NCBI GenBank assembly: GCA_964481835.1
Contig: CAYZTT010000014.1
Coordinates: 1-12,918 of the forward strand
Reading direction: 5' to 3'
DNA from: Candidatus Woesearchaeota archaeon
GTDB lineage: Archaea > Nanobdellota > Nanobdellia > SCGC-AAA011-G17 > PNOQ01
DNA: 12,918 nucleotides
The first letter of the stretch is position 1; the number at the start of each line of letters is the position of its first letter. Made by a program: the position numbers and the translations under genes. Below the pieces are notes generated by a model. The model made no database searches. It worked only from the letters and a program-made list of their open reading frames with translations, and was not told the origin of the DNA. Positions 1-6,021 of this stretch are shown here, in pieces.

Positions 1-25
1 ACTAAAATTACTTGCTTGTATTCAC

Positions 26-337
26 TCATTTTTTGCCTTCTGATTTAAATTTGTGTTTAACCTGGCTCTCAACCTTCCTTAACACTTTATGTAGTGCCTT
101 ATGCAGCTCCCAATCATCTCCTTTCACATTAATTAAACTCTCCGGGGTTTTTACCTTAGCGTGAAAAGAATATTTACATCTCTCTCCAGCCTTATCATGT
201 TTTTTAGCATGTATGCTCAACAATCCAGGGAGATCTCTCTTTATCTTCTCATAATACCGCATAGAAAACTCTTCTATTTCCATTTTCTCATCATCCTTAA
301 AGTCCCTTAGGCCCAAAATTTGTATATTCTCATCCAT
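26..337 (-). CDS. Small basic protein resembling the ribosome hibernation factor HPF/RaiA (S30AE-like)
   Basis: 103-aa ORF with ATG at 335-337 on the minus strand. It aligns by eye to the HPF/YfiA pattern: an N-terminal strand 'NIQILG', a helix 'EIEEFSMRYYEKIKRDL', then 'KYSFHAKVKTPESLINVKGDDWELHKALHKVLRKVESQVKHKFK'. That last segment matches the conserved 'vEvtv.v.g..l.a.e..D.y.AiD...dKLe.Ql.K.k.k' half. The coding call is solid; the function call is tentative because no HMM was run. Confidence 0.5.
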   Translation of the reverse strand: MDENIQILGLRDFKDDEKMEIEEFSMRYYEKIKRDLPGLLSIHAKKHDKAGERCKYSFHAKVKTPESLINVKGDDWELHKALHKVLRKVESQVKHKFKSEGKK

Positions 338-364
338 CTTAATATATTAAAGAATAAAAGCTAT

Positions 365-2611
365 TTATTTCTTTCTCTTTTTATCAAAGAAATAGAACCC
401 TGCCAACAAAAGGGCCACAATAACAATTGATAAACTGCTCATAAATGGAACATTCTCACTAGCTAAAAAGCACTCTTGGAATTCTTCATATGTTGCTCCC
501 CCAGGAGATAAATAAATGACCTGCATCTCTCCAACCCCATCAGAACAGTCATTCGGACTTGATGCTGGACAAGCACAATCTCCAAAAATAGTTTGAGCTA
601 CATCTGAGCTTCCAGGAGGTGTGCCTGGCCCTCCAATATTAAAACATGATTGACAATCGCTCTCACATCTAAAAGCACCACTACAAGTTCCAGTTTCGCT
701 TCCAGGAGGATCGCAAACTTCATCATAACCATCACTACCATCATTGTCTATACTGCCATCGCCACACTCGTCATCACACGTAGAAGAACAACCGTCTCCA
801 TCCCGAGGAGTACATGTTCCTCCCGCACCTGCACAATCAGCATCACTCTCACAATAAGTTGAATCATCCCCTGTACAAAGTCCTCCATCATCACAATCTT
901 CTGTCCCTTCAGGAACTCCATTTCCACATGTGGATGGTCCTACAGAAGCACAAGTACAATCATTCATACAAATATCTCCTCCACTACATCCATCTCCCAA
1001 TACTAGAATATTATCGACAACTATAGATGAGATATAAGCATCCACTCCATTCCAAGTATAAGTCTCGGTTGTTCTAGGGGCATATAGGGCATCACAATCT
1101 TCTACACCATCTCGAACAAAATTTCCGCATCCTGCAGCATCAGTCACGCCAGCAGCAACACAATAATCGCCTGCCATATCCATATTGTCTCCAGGGACAT
1201 TATCCACAACATTTCTTAGAATATCATCATCAAATTCATCACAACATAAGGCTCCACCAATATCTGTGACTATTGACTCTCCCCCATCATCTCCACAAGC
1301 TTCAATCTCAAAATTAGAGCGATCATCTGGATAATGCCAAACTGTCCCATCCATTTCCCATCCATTGAATATCTTTACATACAAATCCACATCATTAACA
1401 TATTCCCCATAGGTTCCAATACTTGCTCCTTCAGCCCATACAACATCATCTGTCATATCCAAGGGTAAGCAATCAGAATAGAATTGAGTAACATAGTTCT
1501 CGCCATCATCTAAATCCCTAGTTCCGCTTCCTGCACGACAAGAAGTTCCTTGGCAATACCCCCCTCCTTCTCCGCCATCACAAATATTATTTCCTGTTGC
1601 GCCCGGATCTCCACAAACTTCATTACATTCCGGCGCCCCTGGTGGAAAGGTAGCTAAACAATCTTCAGTAGCCATTGTAGAACCATAGCCTCCTACAGTG
1701 CCCCCCATAGAAGATCCAAGGTTCTCTCCCCTTAAATCAAAGGGCTGTGATGCTGCGCCATCGCAAGACCTTGTATACGCAGTAGTAGCATCTGAGCAAC
1801 CAGCAGCATCTTGTGTTATACTCGGACAATTGCTCTTATCCCATCCACTAACTATGTCTCCATCGCTCCCGGCCCCATAATCGCAAGATCTTCCAAGAGT
1901 AAGGTCTCCCCCATACGGGCCAGCACAATATTCTAAACAAAATCCGCCTTCCCATTGCCAACTACTCTCCATATCTTCTAAAGCAGGTATTTGAGATGCA
2001 CCCCATTCTGCAGGGCCATATACTTTCTTAGCATCAATTGCATCATAGTCATTGGCACAATGTTGGTAAGGATGCGTCTCCGAGAGACCTTTTATTTGGG
2101 CATAAGGTGGGAACGCTGGATGCCCATTGCTACTATCCTGGCAAAAACTTCTCTTAACAATATAACTTCCAGCCACAAAATTACAAGAGCTATCTGGTAT
2201 CCAAGAAGGATCATAGCAAACAGATTCCGAATATGAATATGAAGTAGGACTAGTTACATCTCCCCCAGTGTAAGTAACATAGGGGTCTGCTTGAAAAAAT
2301 CTATTTATACACTCTCCTGGGCCTCCACCTGGACCTGGATCAACCCAATCACAAAGATGCAATACATCTCCTGTACCGTCTGCCTGTCCGGATTGACCTC
2401 CACGATCCTCTCTAAAACAATTCGCCCTATGGGGAAGATCTTCATTTTCGCAAGTAAGCTGACTCAAACCGCCACATAATATATTACAATCGGGGTAACT
2501 AACTGGGTTCCCAAATCCTGCACCCATATATCCATCACAAGGCGCGGCTGCAAGTGAATTAAAACTACTCAATATAAAACTAAAAACCAATACTAATATC
2601 AACCTCTTCAT
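365..2611 (-). CDS. Large cysteine-rich secreted surface protein with Myxococcus-type Cys-rich repeats and a C-terminal TM anchor
   Basis: The ORF extends to a TTG at 2617, but the ATG at 2609-2611 gives 'MKRLILVLVFSFILSSFNSLAAA|PCDG', a classic signal peptide, and lies 26.5 nt from a TATA box. The protein has roughly 50 Cys (about 7%) and is Asp/Gly-rich. The repeats 'CGNFVRDGVEDCD', 'CGNGVPEGTEDCDDG...DGDGCSSTC' and 'CGDGSIDN..DEVCDPPG' resemble the TIGR02232-type CGNG..E.CDDGN..DGC repeat. The C-terminus 'VPFMSSLSIVIVALLLAGFYFFDKKRKK' is a TM helix plus a basic tail. Confidence 0.75.
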   Translation of the reverse strand: MKRLILVLVFSFILSSFNSLAAAPCDGYMGAGFGNPVSYPDCNILCGGLSQLTCENEDLPHRANCFREDRGGQSGQADGTGDVLHLCDWVDPGPGGGPGECINRFFQADPYVTYTGGDVTSPTSYSYSESVCYDPSWIPDSSCNFVAGSYIVKRSFCQDSSNGHPAFPPYAQIKGLSETHPYQHCANDYDAIDAKKVYGPAEWGASQIPALEDMESSWQWEGGFCLEYCAGPYGGDLTLGRSCDYGAGSDGDIVSGWDKSNCPSITQDAAGCSDATTAYTRSCDGAASQPFDLRGENLGSSMGGTVGGYGSTMATEDCLATFPPGAPECNEVCGDPGATGNNICDGGEGGGYCQGTSCRAGSGTRDLDDGENYVTQFYSDCLPLDMTDDVVWAEGASIGTYGEYVNDVDLYVKIFNGWEMDGTVWHYPDDRSNFEIEACGDDGGESIVTDIGGALCCDEFDDDILRNVVDNVPGDNMDMAGDYCVAAGVTDAAGCGNFVRDGVEDCDALYAPRTTETYTWNGVDAYISSIVVDNILVLGDGCSGGDICMNDCTCASVGPSTCGNGVPEGTEDCDDGGLCTGDDSTYCESDADCAGAGGTCTPRDGDGCSSTCDDECGDGSIDNDGSDGYDEVCDPPGSETGTCSGAFRCESDCQSCFNIGGPGTPPGSSDVAQTIFGDCACPASSPNDCSDGVGEMQVIYLSPGGATYEEFQECFLASENVPFMSSLSIVIVALLLAGFYFFDKKRKK
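638..1132 (-). other. Region encoding three CGxG-x(5-9)-(E/D)xCD cysteine-rich repeats (aa ~496-660 of the surface protein)
   Basis: Motifs read directly from the translation: CGNFVRDGVEDCD, CGNGVPEGTEDCDDG, DGDGCSSTCDDECGDGSIDNDGSDGYDEVCD. Confidence 0.55.
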
Positions 2612-2633
2612 ATACAAAAATTAAGAAATATAC

Positions 2634-2641
2634 TATTTAAA
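2634..2641 (-). promoter_or_regulatory. TATA box (TTTAAATA on the minus strand) for the Cys-rich surface protein gene, overlapping the rlmE stop codon
   Basis: It is centred 26.5 nt upstream of the minus-strand ATG at 2611. The rlmE TAA (2637-2639) is embedded in it. Confidence 0.45.
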
Positions 2642-3182
2642 ACTTTCTAATCCCAACAACATAAACTTCCTTACTTCTTTTCTTAGATGCCTCTGGTTTT
2701 AATATCTTTATAACCCTAAAACTATCTTTAACTTCCTCAATAAATCCACTAAACAGCTCACTATTGAAAATTTTACAAACAAAGTTTCCATTTTTATTCA
2801 AAACTTCTTTTGCAATCTCAAGGGCCCGCATACTTATCTCAAAACTTAATTCATTATCTACCTTCCTAACTCCAATAGTCTTAGGGGCCAAATCGCTTAT
2901 AACTACATCATATTTATCCAATTTCTCAAATAAATCTTCATCAAAAACATCTGCTTCAATAAAATTAACACCTTCAATCTTCACTTCTTTTAAATCGACC
3001 GCATCCACATCTGCCTTTAAATCCAAACAATACTGGCTCCAGCTTCCAGGCCACGCACCCAAATCCAAAACTTTATCTTCTTGTTTAATTAATTTAAATT
3101 TATTATTGATATTCTTAAGTTTAAATACACTTCTTGCCTTATATCCCTCGGCTTTGGCTTTGGCAGTAAACTTATCTCTCAT
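2637..3182 (-). CDS. rlmE: 23S rRNA 2'-O-ribose methyltransferase RlmE/FtsJ family
   Basis: 181 aa. The N-terminus 'AKAEGYKARSVFKLKNINNKFKLI' matches the family pattern. 'VLDLGAWPGSWSQY' is the SAM-binding motif (canonical DLGAAPGGWSQ). 'VISDLAPKTIGVRKVD', 'FVCKIFNS' and 'KPEASKKRSKEVYVVG' supply the K-D-K-E tetrad context. The start ATG overlaps the upstream stop as ATGA at 3179-3182. Confidence 0.85.
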   Translation of the reverse strand: MRDKFTAKAKAEGYKARSVFKLKNINNKFKLIKQEDKVLDLGAWPGSWSQYCLDLKADVDAVDLKEVKIEGVNFIEADVFDEDLFEKLDKYDVVISDLAPKTIGVRKVDNELSFEISMRALEIAKEVLNKNGNFVCKIFNSELFSGFIEEVKDSFRVIKILKPEASKKRSKEVYVVGIRKF

Positions 3183-4054
3183 TTTGTATGTAACTCCACA
3201 ACATCTCCACTTTGCAAAGTATGCTTAAGCCCACATTTCATGCCCTCGTGTTTAGCAGATTTCCCCCAAATCCTTGCAAAGCTGAACTTTTTAATAAAAT
3301 CCTTATGGACCTCGGAAGCTAAATCCTTAACGCTAGATTTTTTCTTCAGCGCAATGGGAGGATAATCCTTTTTCTTTCCCGGGGTTTTAGTAAAAACATA
3401 AATTAAATCTAACGAGCTCCAAATCTTATTTTTTACATGGAACGGGTCCTCTTTCCGTTTAACCACAATTCTGTTTCCCTTTATGCCTGCCAACTCAAGC
3501 TCATGACCAATAAACTTTTCTTCCTTCTTATCTTCCGCCAAAATAACAATCAAATCTGCTCCCCTAATTATCCCTAAATGCATTGGGCCCTTCTCTTTCT
3601 CCATAAAATTCTCAACAATAGCAGGAATCTCAATAAGTTGAATCGGAACCTCATTAATCAACATTGTTCCAACTTCTGGAGCCTTAGTGCTAAATTCATA
3701 ATCTGCAACCAACGGGCTAGCATTCGTAATTTTACTCAATAGATAGGATTTTCCAGAATTGGTCCTTCCAATCAAAACAACTTGGGCAGACCCTTCCTTC
3801 TTGATACTAAAGCCTCCGCCCTTGCCTTTCCTCGCTAACTTCTCTTTTTCCAATAATGCCTTATATTTAGAAAGCCTCTGCTTTATTTCCCTCTCCAGAT
3901 TTTCAGTACCCTTATGCTTATTTAAAGAGGAAAGCATCTTTTGCAATCCTTTAATTTTATCTGGTAATCCCTCTGCTTGCAGATATTCTTTTTCTGCCCT
4001 CTGAAACTCCGGACTAACATTCGTTGGCATATTTAAAAGAAAAAAAGATAGCAT
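3179..4054 (-). CDS. Reduced DRG-family (archaeo-eukaryotic) GTPase-like protein with a C-terminal TGS domain
   Basis: The N-terminal helix 'NKHKGTENLEREIKQRLSKYKALLEKE' matches the DRG pattern NKAT..H.g.LKakLAkLr. 'GFSIKKEGSAQVVLIGRTNSGKSYLL' carries the G1 P-loop and 'YEFSTKAPEVG' carries G2. The TGS-like end is 'LIYVFTKTPGKKKDYPPIAL...FARIWGKSAKHEGMKCGLKHTLQSGDVVELHTK'. An alternative start is the ATG at 4028-4030 (MPTNVSPEF). Confidence 0.75.
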   Translation of the reverse strand: MLSFFLLNMPTNVSPEFQRAEKEYLQAEGLPDKIKGLQKMLSSLNKHKGTENLEREIKQRLSKYKALLEKEKLARKGKGGGFSIKKEGSAQVVLIGRTNSGKSYLLSKITNASPLVADYEFSTKAPEVGTMLINEVPIQLIEIPAIVENFMEKEKGPMHLGIIRGADLIVILAEDKKEEKFIGHELELAGIKGNRIVVKRKEDPFHVKNKIWSSLDLIYVFTKTPGKKKDYPPIALKKKSSVKDLASEVHKDFIKKFSFARIWGKSAKHEGMKCGLKHTLQSGDVVELHTK

Positions 4055-4073
4055 AAAAAACTTTCCATAACGC

Positions 4074-4080
4074 TTTTAAA
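4074..4080. promoter_or_regulatory. Shared TATA-like element (TTTTAAA) between divergent tRNA-Leu and the DRG-like gene
   Basis: It is centred 27 nt upstream of the tRNA 5' end (4104) and about 23 nt upstream of the minus-strand ATG at 4054. It is the only TATA-like element in the 49-bp spacer. Confidence 0.5.
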
Positions 4081-4103
4081 TCAAAATTATCCCCTAAAAT
4101 TAA

Positions 4104-4187
4104 GCAGGTGTGCCGGAGCGGTCAAACGGGGAGGACTCAAAATCCTTCGGCTTAGTGCCTACGCAGGTTCGAACCCTGTCACCTGCA
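4104..4187 (+). tRNA. tRNA-Leu (anticodon CAA), no encoded CCA
   Basis: Cloverleaf folded by hand. The acceptor stem is GCAGGTG/CACCTGC (7 bp) and the D-stem is CCG/CGG. The anticodon stem is GAGGA/TCCTT with loop CTCAAAA, giving anticodon CAA. There is a long variable arm CGGCTTAGTGCCTAC (class II), a T-arm GCAGG-TTCGAAC-CCTGT, and discriminator A4187. It is followed by CTA and then T6, so CCA is not encoded. Confidence 0.9.
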
Positions 4188-5219
4188 CTATTTTTTCAAA
4201 TGCACATCCATCTGGGGAAACGGAATCCCAATCCCTGCTTTATTCAACGCCTTATAGATTTTAGTGTTTGCCTCATCCTTAGAACTAAACCTATCTCCGA
4301 AATCATCAACATAGAAATAGGCTTTAAACAATAAAGCAGAATCCCCCATTTCTCTAAAACTGACATCCGGGGTAGGGTCATCAACAAAATTCTTAAGGGA
4401 TCTAATTTCTTTCATTACTATCTCCTTCACTTTATCTACATCGCTCCCATATTCAACTCCAAAAGGAATTACAACCCTTGATTTAGGTTCTGGTAAAGCA
4501 ACATTCTGAATAACACTCTCCGCCAATTTTGTATTTGGGACTATAAAATACTCATTATCAAAAGAAACGATCTTAGTACTCCTCAACCCAACCTTAACCA
4601 CTTTTCCTTTAGTCTCATTATCCAAATAAATTAAATCTCCAACCCCGACACTCTTATCCATAACAACACTGGCCCCAGAAAAAATATTAGCCAACACCGG
4701 TTGCAAAGCCAAAGCAACAGCCAAACCAGCAACACCCAAGGCCCCTAACAAGGGCAAGATCTCAACTCCCCAAATATTTAGAATATATAAAACCGCAACG
4801 ATAAACAAAGATATTTTTAAAACACTATGCACCAAAACAGCAATACTATCATCCAGTTTGCTCTTCGTCTTAGCAGTGACCCTTTTCAAAGCTCTGATAA
4901 CCCCCAAATCAACTAAAACATAAGCTAAATATCCAATAAAAATAACAATAAGAGAGTAGATCAGATTGGATAACACCCCGCTAATATTTTCAGCTAAAGC
5001 TAGTCTACCCAAGGTAAGCCTCAGGGTAACCAACAACAAAATATAAGTTATCGGCTTAGAAGATTTCTTCATAATCAAATCATCCACATCCGATTTGGTT
5101 TTAATAGTGACTTTCAGCAAAATCTTCTCCAGAACAAAAAAAGCTATTCGTAATCCTAAGAAAACTACAAAAAAATACAAAAAAGCACTAAAATAAGGAT
5201 TTCCCATGTCAAAAACCAT
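4188..5219 (-). CDS. mscS: Small-conductance mechanosensitive channel, MscS family
   Basis: 343 aa with several N-terminal TM helices. The pore helix and beta-domain signature is 'LANIFSGASVVMDKSVGVGDLIYLDNETKGKVVKVGLRSTKIVSFDNEYFIVPNTKLAESVIQNV'. This matches the MscS pattern ..PF.vGD.I.v.g..G.V..I.lr.T.i...dg..v.iPNs.l....i.N. Confidence 0.85.
   Translation of the reverse strand: MVFDMGNPYFSAFLYFFVVFLGLRIAFFVLEKILLKVTIKTKSDVDDLIMKKSSKPITYILLLVTLRLTLGRLALAENISGVLSNLIYSLIVIFIGYLAYVLVDLGVIRALKRVTAKTKSKLDDSIAVLVHSVLKISLFIVAVLYILNIWGVEILPLLGALGVAGLAVALALQPVLANIFSGASVVMDKSVGVGDLIYLDNETKGKVVKVGLRSTKIVSFDNEYFIVPNTKLAESVIQNVALPEPKSRVVIPFGVEYGSDVDKVKEIVMKEIRSLKNFVDDPTPDVSFREMGDSALLFKAYFYVDDFGDRFSSKDEANTKIYKALNKAGIGIPFPQMDVHLKK
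4191..4196 (+). terminator. Oligo-T tract (T6) immediately 3' of tRNA-Leu, archaeal-type terminator
   Basis: TTTTTT at 4191-4196, 4 nt after the discriminator base. It lies inside the 3' end of the convergent mscS coding region. Confidence 0.45.
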
Positions 5220-5242
5220 CAGAAACTAATAAATAAGAAAGG

Positions 5243-5250
5243 TTTTAAAA
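5243..5250. promoter_or_regulatory. Perfectly palindromic TATA box (TTTTAAAA) shared by divergent leaderless genes mscS and trmI
   Basis: Its centre is 5246.5. That is 27.5 nt from the minus-strand ATG of mscS (5219) and 26.5 nt from the plus-strand ATG of trmI (5273). Each strand has a purine-rich BRE-like flank 5' of the element: AAGAAAGG on plus and GGAAAATC on minus. Confidence 0.55.
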
Positions 5251-5272
5251 GATTTTCCCCAATCCATAAAAT

Positions 5273-5986
5273 ATGAAATTCAAAAGAATCCTACAAAGAA
5301 ATGAAAAACAGTATTATTGGGTAGAGGGAGATTTCCACTCCAATCAAGGTATACTTAAAGAGGAAGATATAAAATCAAAATCTCGATTAGAATCCAGTTC
5401 AGGAAAAGAGTTCTCTGCATACGATGCAAAGTTCATTGATAATCTCAAAAAAATAAAACGTGGCCCCCAAATAATGTCTTTCAAAGATATAGGTCGAATA
5501 ATAATAGAAACAGGAATAAATAAAAATTCAACAGTTTTAGATTGTGGAACCGGTTCTGGAATGCTAACTGCATCGCTAGCCAACATAGTAAAGAAAGTAA
5601 TAACATATGAGAAAAGAGAAGGATTCTTAAAAATAGCAAAAAAGAATTTTGAAAATTTAGGATTAAAAAATATTACAATAAAAAATAAAGATATATACGA
5701 AGGAATTGACGAAAAAAATCTAGATTTAATAACCTTAGATTTAGAAAAACCAGATTTAGTTTTAAAACATGCAGAAACGTCTCTGGTTTCTGGAGGTTTT
5801 CTCGTAGTTTATGTTCCAACAATCCCCCAGATACAAAACGTTTTAAAAAATATAACTGAAAATCTCCAAGTTACAAAATTCACTGAAATATTAGAACGAG
5901 ATTGGAAATTTGAAAGGGGAATAGTAAGGCCAGAAAATCAAATGTTGGGGCACACTGGCTTTTTATTATTCCTTAGGAAAGTTTAG
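5273..5986 (+). CDS. trmI: tRNA (adenine-N1)-methyltransferase TrmI/GCD14 family (m1A57/58)
   Basis: 237 aa. The N-terminal beta-domain is followed by 'RGPQIMSFKDIGRIIIETGI', matching the family's 'tqi.ypKD...I' segment. The SAM motif is 'VLDCGTGSGMLTASLA', followed by 'DLITLDLEKP'. The family-typical C-terminus is 'RPENQMLGHTGFLLFLRK'. Confidence 0.85.
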   Translation: MKFKRILQRNEKQYYWVEGDFHSNQGILKEEDIKSKSRLESSSGKEFSAYDAKFIDNLKKIKRGPQIMSFKDIGRIIIETGINKNSTVLDCGTGSGMLTASLANIVKKVITYEKREGFLKIAKKNFENLGLKNITIKNKDIYEGIDEKNLDLITLDLEKPDLVLKHAETSLVSGGFLVVYVPTIPQIQNVLKNITENLQVTKFTEILERDWKFERGIVRPENQMLGHTGFLLFLRKV

Positions 5987-5991
5987 TAACA

Positions 5992-5999
5992 TATATAAA
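5992..5999 (+). promoter_or_regulatory. TATA box (TATATAAA) for the PIN-ATPase-KH gene
   Basis: It is centred 26.5 nt upstream of the ATG at 6022. Confidence 0.5.
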
Positions 6000-6021
6000 T
6001 CTAATATGAGGACAATTAACT

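Noticed and set aside
368-451. The C-terminus of the Cys-rich protein as a PGF-CTERM or other named archaeosortase signal
   Set aside because: The tripartite shape fits, but the motif is VPF, not PGF, PEF, PIP or VPXXXP. No archaeosortase gene is in the window. I call it only a TM anchor with a sorting-signal-like layout.
650-2479. Five plus-strand ORFs of 60-81 aa (650-862, 814-1026, 1698-1880, 1991-2236, 2291-2479)
   Set aside because: All are antisense to the long Cys-rich protein ORF. They are low-complexity (Thr/Ser/Ile/His runs), have no TATA box at -26 and contain no recognisable motifs. They are shadow ORFs.
2764-4004. Plus-strand ORFs 2764-3228 (154 aa) and 3759-4004 (81 aa)
   Set aside because: They are antisense to rlmE and the DRG-like gene, both of which have strong family motifs. 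The translations are Ser/Leu/Phe/Lys low-complexity, typical of AT-rich antisense frames.
4055-4200. tRNA-Leu as the attachment site of an integrated element, possibly explaining the nearby GC-richer genes
   Set aside because: There is no integrase, excisionase or duplicated tRNA 3' fragment (att-like direct repeat) anywhere in the window. The genes flanking the tRNA are AT-rich housekeeping genes.
4110-4334. 74-aa plus-strand ORF (MPERSNGEDSKSFGLVPTQVRTLSPALFFQ...)
   Set aside because: Its 5' half is simply the translation of the tRNA-Leu gene (4104-4187). The remainder is antisense to the well-supported mscS 3' end. It is not a gene.
6008-6012. GAGGA about 10 nt upstream of the ATG at 6022, considered as a Shine-Dalgarno site
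   Set aside because: It is the only SD-like element I saw in the window. The TATA box at 5992-5999 would place the transcription start at or within a few nt of the ATG, and therefore downstream of this GAGGA. The other genes in the window are also SD-less and leaderless. It cannot be fully excluded without 5'-end data, so it is not reported as a feature.
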